Positions 23,777 to 37,525 of a stretch of 64,000 nt of DNA are shown here, one piece after another. The position numbers and the translations under genes were made by a program. The stretch comes from Klebsormidium nitens (Eukaryota > Plantae > Klebsormidiophyceae). The stretch spans positions 15,190-79,189 of the forward strand of contig DF237377.1 of assembly GCA_000708835.1 (NCBI GenBank), written 5' to 3'. Positions within the stretch are counted from its first letter, which is position 1. Each line of letters opens with the position of its first letter. A model generated the notes under the pieces. It saw only the letters and a list, made by a program, of their open reading frames with translations. It ran no database searches and was not told the DNA's origin.

Positions 23777-26513
23777 CGAAACGCAGCCCGCGCTTTGTGA
23801 CACCAATGATAAAGCAAAACGGTGCACTCCGTCTGATACCAATGAAACGTACTCTCAAAGACCGAGAGTCGTGCAGCGGAATAGTTGAGAAATTCCTAAG
23901 GAATTTGGTGGTTGGTTTAGCACAAAGGGCAGGCAGCGGGAAGCAAGGAAACTGGGAGCTTTGGATAAATGGGAATGACCTTTCACTTAGAAAGGTCGGC
24001 CCTTTTATACCGAAGTCCAGGGCTCCTTCGCTAAGGCTTGCCTCGCCTAAGTCCTAAAGTCAACCAGTCCTGAGAAGGACTGTTGAGATGTATGAACCTG
24101 CAATGCAGCTCGCTAAGCAAAGCTTAGTCAGCGCACTCAAGTTTTAGAGTCAACGCGATCGCTCGACTCCGGGGTTACTTACTTAGTCTCGACCGTCGGA
24201 TCAGAGTTTCAATTCTATCCGTCGGTCGAAACCGGCGTTGAAAAGTTATACCTTTCAAGCGCGCGGCCGGTCTTTGCGGTCAGCGTGTCCACGCGACTTT
24301 ACGGTGGATCCTGCACCACAGAAGACACCTCGTGACCCCATAAAGTCAGCACGCTTGTCCCTAAGTAGTGACCGAGCTAGGATCACAGGATTGTACTTGA
24401 ATTCTGAAACCTTGAGATCAAGAGAAAACCTAGCGCCCCGATCAGCGTGAATACAGTGCATTGATGTAGACACGCCTGGGGTGGCAGCAAGAAGGACGAA
24501 GTGGCCGTTGCCGGAAATTTGGAAGTTCGTCGCAACGAAGTGGAGACTCTTGAGAAGGCAGAGTCAAGATGAGCGGATCTGACAGATGTGAGGATCCTTC
24601 TTACCCTAGGACCCGCCAATATAGATCTCGAATGCGGCAAAGGCTACAAGGTTACAGAGGGGAACCACCTTCTTTGTTGCTTGCCTCGGGAGCGCCAATT
24701 TCAGTCGGACAAAGAGGCAAGCTTTATCATCGAACTATGGAAGATTGGTTCCTACAAAATGTAAAAGGGAGTATGGAAGAACCCTAGGATTAACGGGTAC
24801 AGATCTGGCGCGATATTCGATGAAAGGATAGCCTCTTATGATCCTTAATCGAATATCTAGGATTGCATGACACGTACTTGTAATTCAGGGAATGATCGTA
24901 TGACAAAGAGATGACTTTCGCATCGAGGTCAGGACATAAAGGAATAAGAGTACATCGTGCCGGTGACCAGCTTGCATGTGGGGGCATTTTAACGGAGTCG
25001 TTGCATGTCACGTCCCATGCCGCGATCGACACCGGGCCTTAGGCCCGGCCGGCCTCAGATCACTTAACCAATGGCTCCAAATTAGCATGGCTCAAATCCG
25101 ACGCGACCATAACTCGTTATATGAAACAGATTGAAAAGCATTCTCCTGATCCACCCACCGTCGCATTAGCAGCTAAGCTCTTCCATATAATGATGGCACC
25201 TTTTTATGTCATACATGCGAATTGCGCATGTGTGTCAGCGATGTCCCAAATTACACGAGCGAATCAGTCGAATCTACGGTAGCGTCGGTAGGCGAGTAGG
25301 CTTTAATAGACTAGTCGTAGGTCGAAGGAAACATAGGTATTGAAGTGCCAATGCACGAGTATACGACATGCATTTGTATGTCACGAGAAGCCCAGGCCCA
25401 TGATGACATGATGGCCGCACGGGCTACGGCTGTACGGCGCTCCGTCGTGTGAGCCATAACGGCGCTGTTGATATCTGCTCGCAAGCGCTCGAGCGTCCGA
25501 TTGGCCACAAACTTCTATCGACGGTGAAGCATGCAGAATGGGTAGGATAATGCCGTAGAACCGTCGACGCCCTGAATAGCCAGCAGGGTTGATTCAAGTT
25601 CCGCTTGAAGGTCGGTACCCCCTCAAAACCATCGTGATCCACCCTCGAAAAGTGCAATGAATGCGATTGCGTGGGTCCAGCTGGCAGAGCGCGATACGCC
25701 ACTTGCTCACGTCATGCATGTGGACGCACAGCCGTCGATCGTTTTCCAGGCCATGGGTACTCACCGTCGATGGGCTAGGTTTTCGTCCCCAAAAAAGCGC
25801 TTCCCATGCGGGCAGGCCAAACAGGAATTCAGGCTTCTGATACGTCGGGAAGGATGCAAGCGGATCTTTTTCTCGTCATCCGTGCGCCGGCCAAACCGGA
25901 TAGCGGATTTCTGCGGCACCAGCCTTGAGCGTTATCCATTTGAGATCTCAAAAGCGACATTGGCAGCACTCAGGGCAGCTTCTCCCGAGGGCAGCATTGC
26001 GCACACTGGCACGTACGCTGTGCGCTCATTGGCTGACATTGACAGGAAGAAGTGACTTGCAATGCCAGCTCAAGCAACTGTCGCCAGCTCTATCCTAGGG
26101 TTTTCATGGTGTCTGAGCAGGGGTTTAGCTGGCGTTTGACTCGTGAGCTGTCTTCGTTCTGTGCAATGGCTGCTCGTGCAAGCAAGCATTGAGGGCTGCG
26201 GTTGCGCTGCAGAAAGTGGTTTCAGCAAGAAGAAACAGGCAATTGAGCTGGGCAATTGCGAGGGAGTGTGTCTGAGAACTAGTCTGGGCTAATGGCACGA
26301 GCTGAAGGAGTGTCGGAACGCCCCAGTGAGCTGCCGGCATTGTAAGCCCCGAGTGCAATAAGCTGCAGCGCGTGCCAATAAGCGGCTACTCGCTGCACAA
26401 TAAGCGTGCAATGCATGCTGGCCCTGCTGTTCTTCCCTTGCCCCCGCGCCGCGAGTAAAGCGCAGGGGGGCGGCATTGCAAATAAGTCGGGTGGGGGTGC
26501 GCCCAATGCAGCA

Positions 26514-29489
26514 ATGGCACATGGCTCTTCGTTCGGGGACACAACCTACACAAAAGTCTTTGTGGGGGGGCTCGCTTGGGAGACGGGGCGGGAGACCATG
26601 CGGACGTACTTTGAGCAGTTTGGGGACATCCTCGAGGCCGTTGTTATTACAGATAGGCAGACGGGGCGTTCCAAGGGCTACGGCTTTGTGAGTGCCCAGC
26701 TCAGAGCCTTTGTTTTGAAACGTAGCCACGTCGGTCGTGAGGGTTTTGCGCAGGCCTTTATTGGGGCATCCAGAGCCAACCCAAATGCTGGAATGTCTTG
26801 AGAAGCCCCTCTGTGGGTTCCGACGGGGCTCAGATTGAAGTGTTGTGTGTAGAGCCCAATTTGAGCATTTTGCACCAGTTTCAAGGCCACTTTACTCTAG
26901 CAACCCCTTCTTCTTCATACCGGTTCTACTTTAAACTGAGTGTTGTAGTAGAGCATACAAAAATGCTGGCCTTGCATTTTTCGTTCCGCTTGACGATCTG
27001 CTGACTCTCTCTCTCTTTTGAGCTCATAAGGGGAACTGGGGCTTTCAATGTATCTTGTTTCGAAATTCGAACTCATTGTGTGGTCAGCTTTGACCCACCG
27101 CTTCTTCCGCAGGTTACATTTAAGGATGAGGAGTCAGCTAGACGAGCGTGTGCAGACCCCACCCCCATCATCGATGGACGGAGAGCAAATTGTAATCTAG
27201 CCAGCTTAGGACAGAAACCCAGGCAGGGCCGGGGGCCTCGATTAGACGCAGGTAGGTGGTTGAGATCCCTCACCTCATTAGTACATGATTCAATGAACGG
27301 ACTTCTTCTGCGTGCATCTTGAACAGCCTGAGAGACAAAAAACCATGTAAAGGTTTGGGCAGTTTCAGTGTGGGGCATAAGGGATTATGCAGACATACTT
27401 CAGGGGCGTAAGGGACTTTGAAAGATATCTTCAGGGTTGTTACAGTTCCTGAAGCGCCCCACTTGAAGCTCAGAGTGCTGTCGATGTGAGAAACTGTGGC
27501 AAGGTTGTCCTAGGTTCTTGATTGGTCTGGCATCTGCGTTTCCTTTGACCAACCAGTATTTCAAGCCAAGACTGAAGGACTGACAAAACGTCCTCAATCC
27601 AAAGTCTCACCACATGTCTCCAGCCCAGTTTCCATCCTCTTTTTGAATCTCCATCCATTTCCCAACGCTAGTCTATCAATTGATTCCTCCTATGCGTTCC
27701 ATTGGTTTGTCGGTTTTGCCTCAGTCAAGCGTAGGTTTCATGTATGTAGACAGCTATCTTATGTTTGAAAGTTCTTGCCAGCTGTCATCTGCAGCTGTCG
27801 CCAGCTGTCAAGTATGGGATGTTTCCTCTACAGGTCCTCAAGGCGCCGGACCTGGCTTCCCCTCCTTTCCCCAACAAAACCCTTATGCATACCCCCCAAA
27901 TCCCCAACCCTTTGCCTTCCAGCCATTTAGGTGAGCACAGAGAAGTTTCCGTTGAAGCTATGACTGCAGTTCTGGGGCCATCATCTTTTCCAGATTGAGC
28001 TTGTACCAAATGGTTTGTCCATGTAGCCGTTCTGAGAAGGGCTTTGTATCTTCTGGAGGGCTTGTCAGGAAGTGTCCGGTCCTGTTACAATGGGTTTATG
28101 TATCCCTTCGATGCATATAGGGCAACATGTGCTTTTGAGAGCATATTGTGGACCCGTGCGTTGTCGCAAGCACCCTCCAGGAGACGTTGGGTTTTGCATT
28201 TACAGACGCTAGTGAAGGTCTACTCGACAGGGAGTCAAGATCCATTCTGACGCTTGGCAAGAGAAAAGTAACAACAGCTTAACTCAAGTTCTTGTAATGC
28301 AGTTTTTCACAACCACACTTTGACAGCACAGGCGCTTACGGTTTCCAACAACAACAGGTAGGCCAAAAGAACGGCACCATAAGAACAGCTCAGGCTAGTT
28401 TTGGATGGTCGGTGTGATCATGATAGGTGGTGCTAAGTGGTATCGTTAAGATACCGTGTTAGAAGACTTTTGAATTGCTCTCCGCTTCAGAGCGTGGATT
28501 GATTTTCAATCTCATCCTATGAATGCATGCCTGAATCTTCACTAGCGAAGTGGTCCAAGCAAGCGGCGCCATGACCCTCTCAAAAGTCTCATCAAGTTCC
28601 TCCCCTTCCACCTGTTCATTGGTTTCTCTTATTGCAGTTCCCCTACGGTCAGCAGGGCTACATTACAGGCCCTGCAGCCGGCTTCCAAAACCCCCCTGGC
28701 GGTCCCGCATATGGTGGCTACCCCACTGCCTTTGGGCAGTTCCCACAGCAGCAGGGTTTCGTAGGAGGTACGCCTACGGCCACAGTTTTTAGGGGATTGA
28801 CGAGGTGGCGGAACGGGTGGTAGTTCAAGGTTGGATTAAAAGAATGAAAAAGAGCGAGGGACTTCCAGTATTGTATTGCAACGTGCTTGTCGGTCGGTGA
28901 GATTGTTGCTGAAGGAATGATAGTGATCAGGCGATGTCTGGAGATGTCTGTCAAATGTCGATGAGGGCTGACAAGATGTCATTTGATATGACTTTCTGAG
29001 GGGCTGAATCAGTGCCTGGACATGGCTGAAAGAAGATTGCATTCGCCTTGCGATTGAATGTGAAGGGATAGTGCAGGATTTAACTGATGCTCAGATTCTT
29101 CGACAAAAGATAGGAGAGAGAAGGAAAGACAGGCGACGACGATGCAGCGTCTCGTTTCCACTGACCTTTGGGGCAGGATGAAGACGAGCAACTCCAAACT
29201 TTTGCCTCGTTTGCCTCGACGTTTCTCAAGCGTCCGTTTTCGACTTGCAGGCGGACAACCAGGGGCCGTCTTGCAACCGGTCTACCCAGTCCTAGGTCAG
29301 CAGCAAATGGGAGGGGGGGCGGGGCAACACTTCCAGGGCCCGGGACAGCCCATGCCGATCCCCCAACCCCTTCCACAAGGCCCCGGGGCCCAGTCCGCGC
29401 AGCCCGGGGGGCAGCAGCAATATACTGGGCAGCAACAATACCCAGGACTAATACCGGGGGGAAACGACGGCAGTGGGCCGACCGGATGA
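26514..29489 (+). CDS. Single-RRM RNA-binding protein (RBM24/RBM38-like plant family) with a Q/G/P/Y-rich low-complexity tail
   Basis: Exons 26514-26687, 27113-27251, 27834-27930, 28327-28357, 28638-28767 and 29251-29489. Motifs [18 protein letters not shown] (RNP2), [10 protein letters not shown] (RNP1) and [25 protein letters not shown]. Confidence 0.93.
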
Positions 29490-30944
29490 GCGCCCCCTCG
29501 CCCCCCCCAACGAGAAGGTTGTAAAACCACGCAGCCGCCGAGTTTGGGGGGGCGTTTTTGTGCGCGCTGTCGTCTGTCCTGGGGGGCCGAAGGTATTTTG
29601 AACACGACAGTCTCGAGCCTGGGGTCCGGTCTCCCGTTAACAGGTCAGAGCGCTGTACGATGCGGTTTACGGATCCATTGACCCCCGGGACAAGAAATCA
29701 TACGCCGTGTGCCTAACTAGGCGGTCGGCCGGTCCTCCGTCCGCCAGAACTTTAGAGCCTCAATGCAGTAGAAAGGCCCGGCAAGTAGTTCCCATGCTTT
29801 GGGAAGCGGCCCATATACAGCATTGTCAGATAGGTGAGGCGCCTCAGGCGATGATGAGCGTGGGCACTCCGAGATCAGGGCTGGCCGCCAAGCAGCGCAG
29901 ACGCAGCGTTGGGCGACCGAGGGCCGAGCCGAGACATTCCGAATGTGTCTGTGTATAACACGAGTTCGAGCAAAAAGTTGCCGACAACTACAGGAGGCAC
30001 TCGGGAATCACGACTTCGAAGCGGTTCATTCCAATGCGGGCATGTTAAAACTATGAGTGTCAGGTCTCATGCGCCAATCCGGATTAGTCGAGTCTATTAA
30101 TGGCACCATGATGTGTCTGCCACGCGACCATCATTGCATTCTGTATGTACGTGCCATGTGGAATGGGTGTACTTCGCTATAGGAGAGGCCCGAATGATCA
30201 CAGCCATGCTTGTCTTGATTCCCTCGCTGCTGCGACTATGTACAACGATTTACATGACAGTTGCTGCACGCTGCGCCCAGCTCATGACTGAATGTGCACG
30301 CGAGATTGACAGTTGCACCATGCACGTGCACCCACGATTGGTGCAGCGATCCGCCTGAGTCGAATGCACATGCGGCGGCATGCATACAGAATTGATTAAG
30401 CTCTACAGTGCAGCACCCAGAGTGTTTTGTCGGGATGGGTTGTGACACATGTCAGTGCATCCGACTACAAAACTCATGACTACGATGTAATCGCGCTTAA
30501 GCAGGGAAGCTCATGCATTGTACGTTCGTAGTCGATGGTGCTCAAACGTCTTGCATCCCAACTAGTGCACGAACAATATCTATAAGCACACTCCAGAGTG
30601 TCCTGCAGCTCAACATACACAAAGGATCCGGCCTTTCATCTGAAATCCTTTTCAAGAGACTCGACTTTCGGACTTTGAACGGAAGCATTACACACCAATG
30701 TGGGGCCCCCATGGCCTAATTTAGCCTAGAAACAGGACAAAAACTCATTCAGCGGCCCTTCTTGCAATATGAAAGCTGCAGATTCACAAGGACATCCTTT
30801 GCAATACAAGTCGAGTAGGACTCTTCGACTCAGAAGCTGATCTGGAATCAGCGGGAAAGGTTGTTTGTGGGCCGGAATGATTCTCGAGGGGTTGGCACCT
30901 TCCTCAGATGGAAGAATCTTGGACAAGCAGTTGATGCCTTGTTG

Positions 30945-32007
30945 TCAGTAGCCACTGCAAAGGACAGACAAGGCAAACTCTGAATGGACGCGACATGAAG
31001 CAAAGACAAACTCGATGTTGCAGATATGTTGTTTACTCATAATCCACTCATAACGCACATATTATCTGGCTCAATTAGCTTGGGAAAATCTGAACATCAG
31101 GATCTAATGAGCTTAAGTAACAAGACGATTGCGGGAATCTGCTTTGTAACAACTTTCTTCTCAGAATGCACGACTGTAAGAGCAGCAATCCCTTTTCCCC
31201 CTGATATCGGCTTTATGTGTACCATTTAACACAGCATACAGCATGTTAAGATACCTTAAAAGATCACGCGGGTCGATCCCGAACCCACACAGCATGCATA
31301 AGAGACACAAAGTATTGAGCAACGTCGACCTGCCATGTGCTCATTGAAACCCAGCATTTAAAATCTATTCGCGGACTACTGTACAGTCTCAATTTCATCT
31401 TGTGTCGGAACTGCCACCAACCAGATTCATCAGTTCACGAAGTAAAATGCAGAAGCGCTGGCCTCTCAGATCATCCGCACCGACCCAGCATCAGTGGAGC
31501 TCCGTTCCATCTCTCCAGCATTGAAGAGCCATGGACAACCACCGGCAGAACAGTCTCCCGCTGCTTCAAAAGGCAGTTCACATGTCTGATTGTTTTGAAC
31601 ACAACACAAGCCCCGGCACCTCACCTCTCCTTCCGCGCCATCGCCAACTTGATCAGCCTGCGCAGCTCCTGCGACTGTATCCGGTATGTCGTATCGCTCC
31701 GCTCCTTTCGCCGCCGCTGGTTCGGTTTAATATAGAACGCCCGCTCTTTCAATGCCCGCTGCATGCCAGACTCCCTAAGTTCCCTAGTGTAGTCCCGAAT
31801 GGCCATGTCGTCCCGCAAACCCGATTCTTGTTCGGGAGAGTCTATCACGATCCTAGGCTGCGACTTTTTGTGTCTGACTTGAAAGTGGGCGCAAACTGCA
31901 GAGGGGACTCTATATTCTGCAGAAGCCAGCTCGGGGTTGATTGATGTCGTACGGAAGCCATGAAGGAAGTGACGGAGCGGCCCGGCGAGGCCCCGCAACT
32001 GCAGCAT
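30945..32007 (-). CDS. MRPS21: Mitochondrial ribosomal protein bS21 (S21 family)
   Basis: Exon 31625-32007 (MLQLRGLAGPLRHFL... presequence-like N-terminus, then RELRESGMQRALKERAFYIKPNQRRRKE...YRIQSQELRRLIKL) plus a probable 10-nt terminal exon 30945-30954 ending ...KESGY*. Confidence 0.85.
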
Positions 32008-32236
32008 GTCCAATCGGTGGCGTTCTGACGTGCGACAGAAATGCTAGTGATCTGCGTGGCGCCTTGCTTTTGAGATGGCGCAAAGAGCCTTCTCACCTTC
32101 TTCTCCTTCCTTCTCCTTCTATGGTAGGGATGCTAGCATCATTAGGCTTCAGCAGTTTTCGCTGCTCCTTATGGCCTTCGAGCCCTGCTTCTGATCTGCG
32201 TCCCTCTCCCTAGGCTATCCAGTGTCTGATCAGTAG

Positions 32237-32364
32237 NNNNNNNNNNNNNNNNNNNNNNNNNNNNNNNNNNNNNNNNNNNNNNNNNNNNNNNNNNNNNNNN
32301 NNNNNNNNNNNNNNNNNNNNNNNNNNNNNNNNNNNNNNNNNNNNNNNNNNNNNNNNNNNNNNNN
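32237..32364. other. Assembly gap (128 N)
   Basis: Run of n between the divergently oriented bS21 and DUF1749 genes. Confidence 1.
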
Positions 32365-33116
32365 TATCCGAATGGGAAATCCGAATTTCTGACTTTCCGA
32401 ACGCAGATAATTATTTATTTATTCGGAATCATCACGTTGGACTACGGTATGCACCGACTCAGAAGTATGCAAACCAGGTTGCCGAAGACCTCTAGCCAGA
32501 TCGCAGTGATTCGGCGCGTTTACTTGACACTGCTTTTGTTGTTTTGTCCATCCTCCAGACTGTTTGCCTGGATGGTGCCTATACAGATCGCCCAAAACGC
32601 TGTATTGCAGAGGAATGTGTGCATTTCGCCTCAAGTGACTCTGAGCCTGAGGTTTGTTTCGGTTGTGGCTTGTTCTTCACAAGAGTGGTGCGCCTCAACA
32701 CTGATTGGTGGTTGTCTGATGTCTGAAGTACGAGCTGGTGCACATCCTGACTGCAAGAAAGGGATTTTTGTGGAGGTAGCAGGCGGTGGCTGCAGCGTGC
32801 TGGGAGATTCATGATCTTGGGATCAGTTGCAGCTCTAAGGCCTGACGGCCTTCTTTGGACTATCCACACAGGACAGGAGTTTAGTACGAAACAAAGCTGC
32901 ACTGATTGGTCCTGCATCACTTCAACCCACCCCAAAGTGAATGCAAGTTCTTCCTTGGAATCTCTAAATTTTCACTTGCGGCGTGCTTTTAAACCTCGAG
33001 AACCTACAACATTGTTCTGGGATTGCTCCCAGAAACTCCTGCAAATCAAATCAAAGTGGAATGCTTTGGCCAAAGGACCTGTCGCTCAGAGGACAGAAGT
33101 GGTAGAGCCGCCTGCA

Positions 33117-36100
33117 ATGGCTCCAAAGAAGGAGATGCTGGGGAAGCTCTTCAAATATGGCGACAAGGGAGTACAGGTAACACAGACCATCTCAGCTTTT
33201 CAAGATGACCTGCTGATTCAAGTGGCCTGATGCTTCAGCGAATCTGGAAGGGTTGATATTGCTCATATTCATAAGATTCATCAATTGCAACCTGAGTTGC
33301 TGCAGTTTCACTGATTGCCAGAGCAATACCAACTCAACAGAAAGAAGCTTTCAGCTACTATGTTGAGCAGAAAGCTTGCATAGCCGTTTCACAATCTGAT
33401 CAGGCTTCACTCTCAATTGCTGAATAAGTCCCAGCTTGATCGACTTTCAAGTATGACAGTCAGCAGTACCAGCCTTGCTTTGAGGGACATAGGGCTGAAA
33501 GTTTCAAGCAACTGAGTGGTGCAGAATATGTTGTGAACATTCCACAATGAGTGCATCAAGAATTATGGATTGCTTGCATTTCTGCCTCGATCAGGTGGCC
33601 TTTCGTAGTGGAAACTTCTCCAAGCAGGCCATCTTCATTGGCGGTCTGACGGATGGGCTTTTAGCTACCAAGTAAGTCTGGGCTCAGACACATGCAGATG
33701 GATTGTTGAGCTGCTTTTTCTCACACAGAGCGCTGACACATTCTCGTTAGTCTTTTTTTGGCCAATGTGCCATTGCCTATGTCAGGAAATGTCCTGGGAG
33801 CTGTGACTTGAAGAATGCACGTGGGGGCGCAACTTAGTGCGGAGTATTTGAGAGCCTTGTGATTGCTCCCATAGTCAAGCTGGTTTCCGCCTTGACTTGG
33901 GTAAATATCTTCAGGCTGTACACCTGATGTTCCCACAAGAATGATGCTGATGCTGGACATCGTTTTTGAGTACTCTCGCTGGCAACACTTCAGTATTCAT
34001 CAGTCGACAGTCATATTCAATCGGCAATTCAAGTCTGTGCTTTCTCCTCCTAGCAAGCCAGCTATAGCTTTCTGAGAAATCTGCGTCTGTCAAATGTGCC
34101 TTACTCATCCATAAGCCTTTCTCTATCTCAACAGTAAGTGTCCTGCTCGCAGATATGTCGAGCCTTTGGCCCATGCCCTTGGTGCAATCCAGTGGTCACT
34201 GGTACAGCCCCTCTTCTCTTCCTCTTATACCGGCTACGGAGTCTCCAGTCTAGACCAGGTGAGATTCTCACACCAACATAACCGTCTCCGTGTAGACGTT
34301 GCTTGGAGTGCTGAAACGCTGGCCCCTTGACTTGCTGGCGACTGCAGTCAAACATTCTTATTAAGCCTCCGCCTAAAGAAAGATCAGAGAAAATTCACTG
34401 TAGCCACTGCAGGACATGCGTTTGGCAGTAGGTCGACAGACGAAAGGAGAAAGGAGCAGCGGAAGTGCTACTTCTAAACGATCGCCGTTTCCAAGTTCCC
34501 AATCGGTATAATGACCTTTGGCTGCAGGATGCGCAAGAGATTGAGAGCCTGATCAAGTTCCTGGTGAACGAGGAGGGCTCGGAAGGTGTGGTTCTAATAG
34601 GGCACAGTACAGGGTGCCAGGTAAGCGGTTCTGGTTGAGGAGAGTCTTGAGGACTGGGAAGCAGTTGTGTTGATCGCTCCTTTCCATCATAAGAAGCGCG
34701 TGATTCCAAGAGGGCAACTTGATCTGCTTCTTCCGTTGGGTTCCAATTGTCGAGCTGCTTAGCTCCTTGCAAGGCATCCGGCCCCCTCCTCAACTCCTCC
34801 TTTGAAAACCGCTCAGGAGGATTGTGACGTTTGTCAGATTGAAGCTGCTCGTGTTCAATTCCTCAATGAGGCATCGACGTCAGCAGTGACGGACTTGAAG
34901 AAAGCGAACAATGATAATTGACAAGCAGCCTTCTAGTCTCTCCAGACTTTCGTTAAGCTGGCTTTTTCTTCTGCCTCTTACTCAGTACTCAGCCATTGCT
35001 ACGTGGAGTATCAGTCCATTTGAAACCCGCAACCTCTGACCTTCTCCCACAATCCCATCGCCGACCCCGTTTTAGCAAGCAATGCAGCACCCCCCTGTTA
35101 CTGCTCTGTAGCTGATCCCAAACGTTGTTACGAACTCACATCAACGGACAAACCTCCGAAGAGGTCGTCTCAACTTTCGAGACCATCAAATCTTCGACTC
35201 GCAGACCTCAAGAGCTCCAAACTTGTTTCTTTGGGGGCAACTGCGCACTGACTCGTGGGTTGCGGCCGTATGCTTGCGTGCCCCCTTAGCCCGAATCCCG
35301 CGACCATGCCAACCTGTATCGCCTCAGCACCCGCTCCAAAAGATTCTGAGATGCTAGCTTTTCTTTGCGAAGCAGTCTTTATCGAATGCTGCAACTTCAT
35401 CTTCCCGCAGGACATTGTGCACTACCTGCGCGTAGGTGGCGTGTGCACGCGCGCGGTGCGGGGCGTGATTTTACAGGGTCCGGTGAGCGACCGGGAGTAC
35501 TTGGCGACCATGCCTGACACCGCCAAGCACCTGCAGCTCGCCGAGAAGATGATCGCCGAGGGGAAGAAGCACGCGCTGATGCCCCGGGAAGCCAGCCCGG
35601 AGGCACCCATCACTGCGTACAGGTGAGGCGGGGGGCCGGTGTGATTTCTGGTCGGTCGGTTGACGGGCCAGGGATAGCCTTCTCCCGCGATCGGCGAACC
35701 GCCGGGTTCTGAGGTGGCAGGTTTGGTTGGGTTTGGTATGAGTTTTGGAGAATTGGTACATGAGGAGTTAGAAGTGTTTCAAACCTGGCTGGCCGAAGCA
35801 GATCGTTCACAAGCCAGTTTGCGACAGGTGTTCATGTGCGATGCGCCTCTTGGCACTTGAAGGGATTGTTTTCAAAGAGTTAGCGGCTGTCGAGTTGATT
35901 GTTGCACGAAGTCTGATGTCAAAGTTTCCAAGGGTCCACACTCTCTGTCCTCGAGGATTGACAGTGCATGGGGCATTGACAGTGCCCGTCCCCTTTTAAC
36001 GTGCTTCGAGTGGTCCCTCTAGCCACTTGGTTCCTGCCTCAATCTGCTCCAATAACTCCTCCGTTGCGGGAAACCGTTCAGTCACAAGCAACTCTCAAGG

Positions 36101-37525
36101 ACAAAGTCCTCGCATTATATTTCTCGTCGTCTTTCGTAGGACTTGAGATCCTACAGACACCCGTCCGTCGCACTGAGACTACTGGCTCAAGTTATTTGTA
36201 AGCAACGACGACATGTCAGCAGCGACTTGAGAGTCTCTCTCTTTGTCCCATCTTTCCGCTCAATTGCCCTCAGCTCAATTAACCATTACATCATTGCAGC
36301 CAGGGTCTTCGCAGTTTTTTGCGGCCAAAAATCAGGATTTCCGCATAACCACATTGGCCAATACCACTTGCTGGCATCGCCGGTGAGGGACAACAACATA
36401 ATCAGCAGCGGCTTGAGCCGTTCTCTTCCATCCATTCTCCCACTTGACGTCTTCATTCTGCCGTCTATTCCAGTCATCAGCAAATACTTGGAGTACTGAG
36501 TTCCCGCGGTGTCTTGCGTCTGCGAATACGGATTCTCAGATAGTCCCTTTTCCAGGTACCACTCGCTTGCGTCGCCAGGCGGGGACGATGACATGTTTAG
36601 CAGTGACCTGCCCCAACAGACGCTGGAGTGGAAGCTGGGTCACATGGCGCTCATCCCCACCGCCATCATCTTTTCAATGCAAGACGAGTTTGTGCCCCCG
36701 CATGTCGACAAAGCGGCCCTGCTGAAAAGGTGGGCAGTCTCCCTCAGATTTTTCGCTTGGTTCGTCAAAGGAGATTTGACCCCCGTTTTAGGTCTTGGTT
36801 CTTATACTTTTTGAGATGCTTTGCAAAAAGAGCCTCAAATTTTGAGACTGTTCAGAACCGGTGGAAAGAGAAATTGGATTGCAATTTGCAGTCCCAGACC
36901 CCACCCCGTCTGGTACTCTGTCCGCGCGCAAACGGTTTGCACAACGTCACTGACTCGATGGCGGTCTGAACCATCAGCGCGGCCGTTATACAGTCTGGAA
37001 ACTATGCCAGCAACCAGCATGTCAAACCACGCCGGCTGTGATGTTGTCACCCTCTTTTGCTCGCGCACAGAGGACTAAGTGGTGTGGTGGTTCGGACTGC
37101 ATTTCCAGTCCGTTTTCTCCTTCCATCCGTTCTGTCATCTTCTTTCCGCAGGGCTTCGTCTTCTCGGATCTTCTCTTTCGCATGGCTTTTTGCTGGTTGC
37201 AAGCGAGATTTGTTGCAACAGTCACTCGAAGCAATTCTGTTCTTTTGGGCACGTCATAGCCAAACAATCTTGCCGTATATCACGGACGGATGTTTTGCAC
37301 AGGCGCTACGCATCTATCGGGCTCTAGCTCTGGCTCGTCGTTTAGGGAAAGGGCGAAGCAAGTTCTGTTCTGTGCAGGTTGAGCAAAGCCATGGGCGGCG
37401 CGGAAGCGATCGCAGTGCAAGGTGGGGACCACAGCTTATCAAATAGAACGGCAGACGCAGTGCACTCTATCATCGAGTTTATTCGAAAAGAAGGACCAAA
37501 GGGCTGGGACGATCCGTGGACCTAG
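33117..37525 (+). CDS. DUF1749 / UPF0613 alpha/beta-hydrolase (Arabidopsis At5g19050-like); upstream exons possible
   Basis: Exons 33117-33176, 33595-33671, 34153-34258, 34528-34620, 35411-35622, 36556-36729 and 37378-37525. Motifs LFKYG..GVQ/VAF, FIGGLTDGLL, nucleophile elbow GHSTGCQ, LQGPVSDREY, DDDMFSSDL, QDEFVP, GGDHSL and a GWDDPW terminus. Confidence 0.93.

Noticed and set aside
25311-25702. Short minus-strand ORFs suggestive of a retroelement fragment
   Set aside because: No RT, RNase H, integrase or zinc-finger motif, and no terminal repeats were found.
29499-29560. GC hairpin (C8/G7 stem) followed by a T-run just after the RRM stop codon, resembling a bacterial terminator
   Set aside because: The context is a eukaryotic Pol II gene, and homopolymer G/C runs are common in this gene, so chance pairing is likely.
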